From: Mobula hypostoma | Taxonomy: Eukaryota | Length of the DNA: 64,000 bases | Assembly (NCBI RefSeq): GCF_963921235.1 | Contig: NC_086108.1 | Span: 63,738,001 to 63,802,000, forward strand | Direction: 5' to 3' | The notes under the pieces: model-generated | Told to the model about the DNA's origin: nothing | The model's database searches: none | The model's input: only the letters and a program-made list of their open reading frames with translations | In this document: piece after piece, positions 41,501 to 53,500 of the stretch | How the letters are laid out: each line of letters begins with the position of its first letter | Position numbering within the stretch: position 1 is the first letter of the stretch | Made by a program: the position numbers and the translations under genes

Positions 41501-44500
41501 TATGCTGTGGTACCATTTCCTGGATGGTAGCAGCTGTAACAGTTTGTTGTTGGGGTGACTCAGGTCTCCAATGATCATTCAGGCCCTTTTTACAAACCTG
41601 TCTTTGCAAATGTCATGAATAGTGGGAAGTTCACATCTATAGATGCGCTGGGCTGTCCGCACCACTCTTTTCAGAGTCCTGTGATTGAGGGAAGTACAGT
41701 TCACATACCAGGGCAGTGATGCAGCCAGTCAGGATGTTCTTAATTGTGCCCCTGTAGAAAGTCCTTAGGATTTGGAGGCCCGTACCAAAATTCTTCAACC
41801 ATCTGAGGTGAAAGTGGCGCTGTTGTGCCTTTTTCACCACACAGCTGGTACGTACAGGCACGTGAGATCCTCGGTGATGTTTATGCCGAGGAACTCAAAG
41901 CTGTTCACTCTCTCAGCCACAGATCCATTGATGTCAATATGGGTTAGCCTGTCTCCGTTCCTCCTGTAGTCCACAACCAGCTCCTTTGTTTTTGCGACGT
42001 TGAGGGAGAGGTTGTTTTCTTGACACCACCATGTCAGGGTGATGACTCCTTCTCTGTAAGCTGCCTCATTATTATTTGAGATTAGGCCAATCAGTGTAGT
42101 GTCATTAGCAAATTTAATTAACAGATTGAAGCTGTGGGTGGCGATACAGTCATGGGCATATAGAAAGTAAAGGAGGGGGCTTAGGACAGAGCCCTGAGGG
42201 GCTCCTGTGTTGAGGGTCAGAGGGGCAAAGGTGAGGGAGCACACTTTTACCACCTGCTGGCAATCTTAGAGGAAGTCCAGGATCCAGGTACATAAGGCAG
42301 GGTGAAGGCCGAGGTCTCTGAGCTTCTTATCGAGCCTGGAGGGAATTATGGTGTTGAATGATGAACTATAGTCCAAGAACAGCATTCTTGGATTATAAGG
42401 AGCAAGCTAGAAGGAGATACTTGAAGACAGGTGTGGTGAGAAAAGTAAAGAGCTGGAGTAGAAGGAATCTGATAGGAGAAGAGAGTGGACATTGGGTGAA
42501 AGGGAAGAAGGATGGGCACTAAGAGGAGTTAGGCAGGTGAGGAAAAGAGGTTAGAGGCCTGAGTGGGGAATGGGAGAAGAGGGAAAAGGGAGAGGAAAAG
42601 ATTTAAAAAAAGGGAAAAAATTACCGGGAGGAGAAATCGATGTTCATGCCATCAGGTTGGGGGCAAGATGATGGAATATGAGGTGTTGCTTCTCCACTCT
42701 GACAGAGGCCTCATCACAGCAGAAGAGGGGGCTATTGAGTGATATGTTGGAACGGGAAGAGGGATAGGATTTTAAATTGTTGGCTACTGGGAAATTACCT
42801 TTTTTTTGAATGAAGCGGATGTGCTCAATTTGGGAATAATCTTCTGAATAAGCAGAGGGTGGATGAGGAAAAAAATACATCTTTAGTATGAATAGATAAC
42901 ATCCAGGTTTAAATAAGCTTCTTGAATAATATGAAACAATTATTAAATAAGGATGGCCTGTTAATGCAGCACAGCTTAAGTGATCCAATTCGATTTTCAC
43001 CTCAGGTGCTGCTTGTGTGGAGTTTGTACATTCCCCTTTTACCCCCAGGTGTGCAGGTTCCCTTTCACTTCCTAAAGATGTGAAGGTAGCTTAACTGATT
43101 ACTGTAACTTGCCCTTGGGGAGGGTAACAGGATAATAGTGAGGGAGGTGAGGGAGAATAACTTGCCTGAACATAAGTAGGGGAATGGGACTGATGAGTGT
43201 GATCTGAGGGCCAGCGAGAAAGAGACCTCCTTCTGTGACAGTGTTTAAAATCAAAAGATACCACGTAACATGGGCTTGAAACCAAATTTCAAACTGATGG
43301 TAAAGTGGAAATGCTCAAACACTAAGTAGAAAAAAAGAGTCCACCATGCCGGTACAAAAAGCTGTATGATTCTGCAAACATTATGAACTGATATTCAAAC
43401 AAATGATGGATGACAATCAATATCCACTGTTTACGTTTGAAGATTAGTGTGCCAAGTTGTCAGGGGAAAAGGTCTTCTGTAACTTACAACTACCTCAAAC
43501 CAATGTTCAATATAATATGGATAAAAAGGCATCCGTAACTGACTATTAACATCTACAATGGTTGTACTCGTACATCTAATGTCATTATATTAGATGAAAT
43601 CATCATCTTTAAAGGACGCGTGGTAACCGGGGCCTCCACCTGCCTGCAGGAGTGCAGGGGCTATCCACACCAGGCTATCATTCCCCAAACATCTATTAAT
43701 TCACCAGAGCCACGTTTGCACATTCTTCTAAAATTTGGCCTGTTCTGTTTCCAGAGCAACAAACTCAGAATGCTGGAGGAAGTCAGAAGGTCAGGCAGCA
43801 TCTATGCCAGGGAATAAACAGTTAATGTTTCGGGCTGAAACCTTTCTTCAGGACACCTTTGATCAGAATCCTTCATCATGTGTTGTTCTGTTTCTTACAC
43901 TCCATTGAAACTCATTGATTTCACTGAAAAAATTAATTACATTACATGGTAACATCCTAAAAAAGGTGAATTAAAATGTATTAGAGTATTATTTGGAATA
44001 ATATTTAATGGAATAGAATATGTGCCAATGCAGCAACACTAATGTTCTGCACCTGCCAAATTAAATAGTATTTCACTCTAACACTTCTGAGGAGAGGAAA
44101 GATGAAACAGAGAGTTGGAAAATACTCCAATAATATTTGGTTGAACTGCATGTTAAATAAAGATAACTCCTGTGTCACAGTAAAGATCTTAGAAAAGGTC
44201 AAAGTCTCATTCATATTTGTAAAGTTTCAAAATCGTTCAGTTTGTTTTGTTTATTTTGAAAAGGTAAATGTAATATTTATGATATTAGTTATTAACAATA
44301 ATTGTTGACATAGCACTGTTACCCCTTAAAAATTATGTAGGGTGTAACTGCTCCTGGATTGTAAAACCGTGCAAAGAAAGGTCAAATGTCAATGGCTTGG
44401 AATAAAATACAAATACAGTGCCTATAAAAAGTATTCACCCCCTTAAGAAGTTTTCATGTTTTATTGTTTTATAACATTAAAACATTGAATCACAGTGGAT

Positions 44501-47500
44501 TTAATTTGGCTTTTTTGACACTAATCAACAGAAAAAGACTCTTTTGTGTCAAAGTGAAAACATCTCTACAAAGTGATCTACATGAATTACAAATATAAAA
44601 CACAAAATAATTGATTGCATAAGTATTCACCCCCTTTAATATGACACAGCAAATCATCACTGGTGCCGCCAATTGGTTTTAGAAGTCACATAATTAGTTA
44701 CATGGAGATCACCTGTGTGCAGTCAAGGTGTTTCAATTGATTGTAGTAAAAATACACCTGTATCTGGAAGGTGTAACTGCTGGTGAGTCTCCTGGCAAAA
44801 TCTACACCGTGAAGACAAAAGAACACTCCAAGCAACTCTGTGGAAAGGTTATTGAAAAACTCAAGTCAGGAGATGAATACAAGAAAATTTCCAAGTCACT
44901 GAGTATCATTTGGAGTACAGTTAAATCAATCATCAAGAAATGGAAAGAATATGGTAGTTGTAAATCCACCTAGAACAAGCCATCCTCAAAAATTGAATGA
45001 CTGTGCAAGAAGGGGATTAATGAGGGAGGCCACCAAGAGACCTATGACTGCCCTGGATGAATCTCTGGCTGAGATGGAAGAGACTGCGCATACAACAGCT
45101 GTTGCCTGGGTGCTTCACCAGTCGCAGCTTTATGGGAAAGTGGCAAAGAGAAAGCCACTGTTGAAAAAACTCACATGAAATCTCTGCTAGTGTTTGCCAG
45201 AAGGCATGCGGAAGACTCTGAAGTCAGCTGGACATCATCAAAAACGCTCCAACCCTACTGTGAAGCATGGTTGTGGCTGCATCATGGGGATGCTACACTG
45301 CAGCAGGCACTGGAAGGCTTGTGAAGGTAGTGGGTAAGATTAATGCAGCAAAATACTGGGAAATCCTGGAGGAAAACCTGACGCAGTCTGCAAGAGAAAT
45401 GTGACTTGGGAGAAGATCTGTTTTCCAGCAAGACAATGATCACAAGCATAAAGTTTCAGCTACACAGGAATGGCTTAAAAACAACAACATTAATGTCCAG
45501 TAGTGGCCAAACCAGAATCCAGACCTCAATCCAATTGAGAATTTGTGGCTGGACTTGAAAAGGGCTGTTCACTCATGATCCCCATGCAATCTGACAGACT
45601 TGAGCAGTTTTGTAAAGAAGAATGGGGGAAAGATTGCATTGTCCAGATGTTCAAAGCTGATAGAGATCTATCCACACAGACTCAAGGCTGTAATTGCTGC
45701 CTAAGGTTCATCTGCTAAATACTGACTTGAAAGTGGGTGAGTAATTATGCAATCAGTTTTTTTTGTCTTTTATATTTGCAATACTATATACCAATTTGAA
45801 GAGGTTTGTATTCATTCTGACATGAGAGAGTCTTTTCTGTTGTCAAAAATGCAAAATTTGAAGAGGTTTGTATTCATTCTGACATGAGAGAGTCTTTTCT
45901 GTTGTCAAAAATGCAAAATGAAATCCACTGTGATTCCATGTTGTAAAACAATAAAACATAAAAACTTCCAAGGTAGGTGAATACTTTTTACAGGCACTGT
46001 ACATACCTTGGTTAAGTTCTGCATATGCTATAATAATCAACCTCTATAGTATTTAGAGGTTAAAATCTCACCGAAGACACACATTCCATAAGCTAGGAAC
46101 AAGCGTAGGCTGTACTGCCCTTCAAAAAAGCTGCTCTGTCACTCAGTATGATCTTATACTGAAGTCATCTTTCCATTATTATCAAAATTCTTCAAACCTC
46201 AGACTTGAAAATATAGAATAGTCATTTTTAATTGAGAGTGTTGTATACCTTTGAAACATTTTATCTCAGAGACCCTTAGTTGCTCTGTCATAGAATGTTG
46301 CTGGAGATTACTAGATTTTTGGAGCAACACACACAAAATGCTGGAGGAACACAGCAGGCCAGGCAGCATCTATGGAAAAAAAGTACAGTAGACGTTTCAG
46401 TTCATCAGGACTAGAAATGAAAGGGGAAGAAGCCAGAGTAAGAAGGGAGGTCTATTTCCTCCTCTGCTGCCACGATGAGGCCACTCTCAAGGTGGATGTG
46501 TAACACCTTGTATTCCATCTGGGTAGCTTCCTACCTGATGGCTTGAACATCAATTTCTCCAACTTTCAGTAATTTTAACCCCAACCCCCTTCCTTCTTCT
46601 TTAATTCCTCACTCTGGGACCCCTCCCCCCAACACTTCTCATCTGCCTTTCACCTCCCCTGGTGCCCCTCCTACTTGCCTATCTCCCATGGTCCCCTCTC
46701 CTCTCCCATCAGATCCCTTCTTCTCCAGCCCTTTGCCTTTTCCACTCATCACCTCCACCTTCCTAAATCATCTCCTCTCCCCCACCCACCTAGCTTCACT
46801 GCCCACCTTCTAGCTTGTACTCCTTTCCCCACCCCTTCCCCCCACCCACCCACCATTGTATTTTGGCTTCTTCCCCCTTCCTTTTCAGTCCTGATGAAAG
46901 GTCGTGACCTGAAATGTCATCTCCATAGATGCTGCCTGACCTGCTGAGCTCCCCCAGCATTTTGTGTGTGACTGGCTGGTGAAGTTGTCTCTGGCATGGA
47001 TCAACCAGACTTTTACTTCATGACAGAATAGGTATGAAGAACTATTTGTCCTAATACTACTTATGCTCTGATTTTCCTTTCAGAAATGCTGAAGTGAGAC
47101 CAGCAAGAGGTTGATATAATTGCACATGTACAATGATACAAAAGGGCAATAGGTTTTCTGGTTCTACATAGAGAAGCACAGAATATAGAATTTAAAACAG
47201 ATATGAGAAATTGCAGGGTTGGGTTCACATTTTACTGCACTCCGTTATTTATCAGCAGCTCAACATGAAGAGAAAGGTCTCACACTTGTAAACAAATTCA
47301 GAACAAATCTCACGACATATGCTAGTAAACCTGATTCTGAAAACACTATCGTGCCTTAGTGGTGTTCCAATACATGGGCAGCACTGTAGCGTAGCGATTG
47401 GCACATTGCTTTACAGTACCAGCGACCTGGGTTCAAATCAGCCAGTCAATATACTTTCCACTGCACATCCATGGATTTGTCAACATTTTGGATGTCATAC

Positions 47501-50500
47501 TGAGTCTCCGCAGACTCCAAAAGAAGTAGAGGCACTGTCATGCCTTCTTTGCAACTAATACATATGATGGGTCCAAGACAAGTCCTCTGAGATAACAATA
47601 CCCAGGAATTTAAAGTCATTATACAATCCACTGGTAAGTATATTATCACATCTTGTACAAATATAGGCTGAATTTAAAAGCTATTGTTGCACTTATAATA
47701 GATATAAATCCCAGGCATATTGCCCTCATAAATATGGAAAAATCTGACTATTTCCTGAAGGACAGGAGATGTGAGTGGGAGAATAGCATTTAAAGATTGA
47801 TGGTCCAGGGCAGAACTGCTATTTTGTCCATTAATCTCTTCATCATGGACATTGTTTGGATTTTCTTAGTCTCAATAACCTCTCCCTGGATACTGAAGAA
47901 ATCACCAGACAAATCAGGAATCAAGGGTATTTTGCAAAATATAAGTAAATGAAGTTACCATACCTTTATAGTAACATAAGAGGGATCGGCACTGTATCCT
48001 TTCCTGATCACCTTAATGGAGAGAGTCCCTATGTCTTCACAAACTCGATAGCTACTGGAAGCCATTTCAATCCGGGACCACTTCAGCTCCATTCTGAAGA
48101 AAATTTTAATTTATTTTTAAGAAAGATATGCATATGTAATTGTTGCTCAAAGCCATTAAAGAAACTAAATACTGTACATCTTAAGGAAATCTCAGGTTAA
48201 ATCTCTGACCATATTAATTCATCCAGGGCATTTTTCAAGGCCCAATTACCTTCAGATTTGTCATCGATGACCTTCCATCCATCATTTCCCTCGGGATCAA
48301 TGAAGTATGACTATGACTATGACAATGACAATGACCATGACCAAGTCCATTGCAATTGCTCAGCAAGTGAAGTAAATCATTTTAGCATGCAATAAAATCT
48401 TGACAACCTTCAGTCGTGGTCTGAGAGCTGGCAAATAATATGTTTACCTTTGACATGCAGGAAAAGACTGTGCTGCTTACTCTCATGTGGAGTGTTCCAG
48501 GGCCGGATTAACCTAGTAGCAAAAGTAGCATATGCTACGGGCCCCGCAGTAAATGCTTGCAAGCTGCAGTCTGGTGAAATCGGCATCTCACCGTATTCTC
48601 ACGACGATGTGGCAATGCTGTTGTTTTAGATTAGATTGCTTTCATGTTGTTTTCATGTCAGGGGAGCTGCATGCTGCATGGTATGTGTGTGCAGGCGTAT
48701 GTTGGCTCCTTGCTGTGTCTTGGTGACCTTTGTGCTATTTGCCACGCTCCCAAGCCAGTGCAGCGTGCGCTGCTATACCGCTGACTTTGACTGTGCACTA
48801 TGTTTTGCCGTCAGGACTGGTTGAAAGATTTGTGAAGTTTTTGGATATGGAAGGTCATAGTGCTGAACAGCTCACTCAAAGTTTACCTGACTTTTTAATG
48901 GAAAGTGACATTGGTATAAAAGACTGCCGTGGTCAAAGTTATGACAATGCCAGCAACATGAGTGACAAGTATAGTGGCTTACAAGCACGAATTAAAGAGC
49001 TGAATGAGTTTGCAGATCACATTCCATGTTTTGCACAATCACTAAATTTGGTTGGAAAATGTGCTGCTGAATGTTGTCAAGAAGCATTAATTTTCTTTCA
49101 ATTTTTAGAAAGCCTGTACACTTTTTTTTCTGCTTCTACTTATCAGTGGGATCTCCTTTCTGCTGCATTATCTGATGGTGGTGCTCATTTGCCCATTGTG
49201 AAAAGAATGTCAGATACCAGGTGGTCAGCTCGTGCAGGTGCAACAAAAGCACTTTTACACAGCTTTTCTGCAATAAAACAAGTCTTGGATGACATTTCAA
49301 ATAACAATGATCTGTTGCAAGGACGGCATTGGGAGAAGACTCAAGTACAAGACACAGACCCTGATGTACTAGTAACAGGACCAGGGTTATCGAGATAGCA
49401 AGGTGAGTAAGGAAGAAACGACGCTGGACATTGACACAGGCCCTGGACGGGACTAGGATTCAGGGCCTGAGCTAGGACTTGGACTAGAAACACGGGACCT
49501 GGACGAGGAACTAGGAACAAGGAACCTGGACTAGGAACAGGGAACTCCGAGCCAGAGACTGGACAGGGACCCAGAACCTGGGTCTTGACTTGGGCTCGGA
49601 CCCCAGATCTAGGCGAGGACAAGACGTGGCTACAGGACTGGACGTGGAACTCCTGCACAGGACGAGGCACATGGACAGGACGAGAACACAAAGCCTTGAC
49701 TTGGACTGGGCAAGGTTCTTGGACGTGGCTTGGACTGGACAAGAGACTCCTGAACAGGATGAGGGAACTCTAGCACAGGGCTGGGTGAGGTACTTCTGGG
49801 CTGGGCGAGGAACCTCCAGCACAGGACATGGCTCTTAAACTAGATTTGGCTCGGCTGTTGGACTCGGCGTGGTTAGGCTCTTGGGTACAGAGCTGGGATT
49901 CCTCCTTGGAGTGCAGGGTCGGGACCCTTTCTTGAATGCAGGGACGGGATGACTGCCGAGGTAAACTGTCGGGGATTCGGATGGGGCCGATTCAGCACAG
50001 GACAAGTTATCTCCAGCACTGGGCTGGACGAGGTACTCCTGGGCTGGGCGAGGCACCCTTGGGCTGGGCGGGGCACATGGACTGGATGAGGACATGAAGC
50101 TCAGACTTGGACAGAGCTGGAACATAGCACCTGGACTTGAGCACAGGAACAGGGAACACAGAGTCAGGACCCCTCCTTGGGAAGCACAGGACGTAGGGTC
50201 GGGACTTGTACGCAGAACACAGACACTAAACACAGGGACACAAAGAGACAGTTCCAGACTCAACGATAGATAGTTCTTTCTCTTGGCGTGGCAAGGCTCC
50301 GGTCTCACTCTGGAGTTTGAACTTGACGAGGTTGCCGGCAAAGGTTTTAGAAGGAAGGGGAAGGGAAGGGAACAGTCCAGCAGGGAATCCTTGGTTTGAG
50401 ATGTATTTATGTGCCAGTCCACAATGAGAATCAGGTGCCTCGATTAAGGCACCCAACAGAACAAGGAAGAAAACAGGAAAACCTGGAACAAGGATCGATG

Positions 50501-53500
50501 GACTGTGAATCGGAATGCAGACTTTAAGGACCGGACCATGACATGATCAGAAGGTAGAGTGTCGACACCAGGCTCGTGGACTACATTCAACCGTGATGAA
50601 GTTGGAAGCAGGAATAATGGTCATATTGTGGGATCAAGTATTACAGCGTTTTGAAATGACTAGTGCTTCTTTGCAATCTTCTGGCCAAGACGTGAACACA
50701 GCTTGTGCACTCTATGAATATATTCAAGCTATGTGGTCTACTTTTTCAGACATTGAGCAAAAATCCAAGGATCTGACTAAGTGTGAAGATTATTAACAGC
50801 AAACTCGAAGAAAACACAAGCAAAATTGCGCGCATGATGATTTCAGTGGTTCCAGCACTCTTGATCCACTCGTTGAATCTCAAACGCCTTCTCAGAAGTT
50901 TAAAAGCCGAACATTTCCTGCCATTATTGACAGCTTGCTTTCTGCCCTGTGAAAATGGCAGAAAGCTTACCCATAGGTGAATGGTGTTTTTGGATTTCTC
51001 CATCATTTACAGTTGTTTACACCTGAAGAGATCGTAAAGAGCTCATCAAATCTTATTAAATCATATCCAGAAGATCTGGAAGAAAGTCTTAATGAAGAAT
51101 TTGTGCAGTTTACTGAACTGTTGAAAACTGATCTTGCTTCTCATATTGGCGCCAAACAAGACCTTGTAGAGTTACAGTTGTACCGTTTGGTAACTGACAA
51201 TTCTTTGGAGTCATGTTTTCCAAATGTAGAAAATGCTTTGCACATCTATTTGTCACTCATGGTTGGCAACTGCAGTGGAGAACGCTCATTTTCAAAACTG
51301 AAAAGGATTAAAAATGAACTAAGGGGCACCATGGGTCAAAACAGATTGAACAATCTCACTCTAATGAGCATTGAACATGAACTTCTGTGTGAAATAGACA
51401 TTTCCAGTATCATCAACAAATTTGCTCATGCTAAGTCTAGAAAATGTAACTTTTAAATTGTAGTTTTGTTACTTTTGACATATGAAATTGATACCTACAT
51501 GTAAATAATACTGTTACTGAAGTGTCAGACATTTGTTGTATTACTGTATCTGGCTGTATAGCAAATGAAAAAATTGAATTACTTTACTATGCAAGTAAAT
51601 AATTTATGTTTTAATACTTATGTGCATTTTTAAAATTTGGGGCCCCTTTATAACATATGCTACAGGCCCCGCACTAGCTTAATTCGGCCCTGGAGTGTTC
51701 CAGTGAGTTCAAGGTAGCACAAACTTTCTTGTACCATCCATGCATTAAAACATTCACATTTGACCCCATGTGAGAAGTTTAACCATCTGCCCCTGATATT
51801 CATTAGCACTATTAATGCAGAGTCCTCGAACACTTCAGCATCAACATCTGAGGGATTATCATTGGTGAGAAACTCAATTAGACCGGTCATCTGAATATTG
51901 TGGCTGCAGGTGCAGGTCAGGAAGCCTGGTTTTCCTGCAGTAATTACTGCTTCTGCAATCCGTAATATCAGGATAGAAAAGTGCAATAGGCAAATAGAAA
52001 CACCACCACCTGCAGGTTCCTCTGAGTTATGACTGTGATCTATGTTGCCAATCTTTCATTCTGTACTCTGTGGCATGGTAGAACAGAGACTAGCGTAATG
52101 CTTTACAGTCACAGCAGTAAGATAGAGGTTCAACCCTTACTAACTGCAAGGGTGGGGGGATGTGGAGATATGTCTCCACCATAGGAGGTGTAGGATATTC
52201 CTTCCCTCCTCTAGCCTGCAGGCCACTCTTGGGCAAGGTGTAGCACCTGCTTAGCCCTGCCTCCCCCCACCCCACTGATCAGGGTCACGTGAAGCCATGG
52301 GAGCAGGTCGTATGAGCAACTGGTGCTTATCACAAGTCCTGGATATGTGACCACTGGCGCCAGGCAGACAATCTCTGAAGGGTATTGATAATAGCTGGCG
52401 TCACCTGTCTTGTAAAGGCACTGCTCAGAAATCACTTCTGTAGAAAAAATTTGCCAAGAACAATCACAGTCATCGATAAACTGCATCCGTCATGCGACAC
52501 GGCCCAAAATAATGATGAATTGTAAAATGATTGTGTATTCTTCTCATGGCAATGTGGGTTCCCTTTGGGTGCTCCGGTTTTTTTCCCACATTCCAAAAGA
52601 CATACAGGTGATGCTTGGGGGCTGCCCCCAGCACTTCTTCGACTGCATTGGACGTTGATGCAAACAAAACACTTCAGTGTATGTTTCGATGTACATGTGA
52701 CAAATAGAGCTAATTTTAAAAAATATAGAAATTTAATCATCACTGGGTCCAAATCCTGAAGCTCTCTCTCCAGCAGCAGATCGAGAGCACCTTCACCACA
52801 AGGGCTATAGCAGTTCAGAAAGATGGTTCACTACCATCTCCTCAAGGACAATCAATGCTGGACTTGCTGACAACATCCACATCCCAGAAATGAAGTTCAA
52901 TAAGAGCACAATAATTTTGACATAATATCTGACATTCTCCCAGTTTTATATAACTGATTATTTGCTGTGAAAGGATATCTTCCTTGAATGTTATCTGCAA
53001 AAGGGTGTGTATGCCTACCCAACAGTGAAATGACCTTATGTAAAAATGTGGAGTTTTGTCAATGGACATGAAGGTCACTGTAGTCCTTTGGTTAAATGGA
53101 TCATACACATTCCAGACTCACTGCTCACTCTAATGTGAAGGGTTCCATGGAGCAACCTCACTTGTAGCCATTCCCTGTTCATTACACCCACTTTAGAGGA
53201 ATCAGCTGAGACAAGAACATAACCAGTATTTTCCATATCAAACAAAACTTTTTCTATGATATTTGAAGAACATTACTATATCTACGTATCTGTAAGTAGC
53301 TGGGTTTAAACAAGATCGAGCAGAAGAAAACAAATGATTATATTGCAGGCATGGAATGTGTACTTTTGAGAAGTTATATACTGTAGGCAGATTTACTTTC
53401 CAGGTGTTAATCACACACTTTGGAAGATGAAAGCATCTGATATTATCGGAGACACATACTGACTTAGCAAGTAGCCTGGCAGTTACTCATAGTTACATCA

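Larger units (their letters stand above)
41157..42830 (-). mobile_element. Penelope-like remnant interrupted by a Rex1 copy
   Basis: Terminal/hammerhead part at 41157-41267; purine-rich part and the continuation matching 2160-2300 at 42390-42830. Confidence 0.6.

Noticed and set aside
49341..50456. Pro/Ser/Cys-rich ORFs of 60-195 aa
   Set aside because: By-products of low-complexity GC-rich repeats inside the solo LTR; no domain motifs.
48730..51456. Host ZMYM1-like gene
   Set aside because: Bounded by TIRs and an 8-bp TSD, interrupted and frameshifted; it is a hAT transposon.
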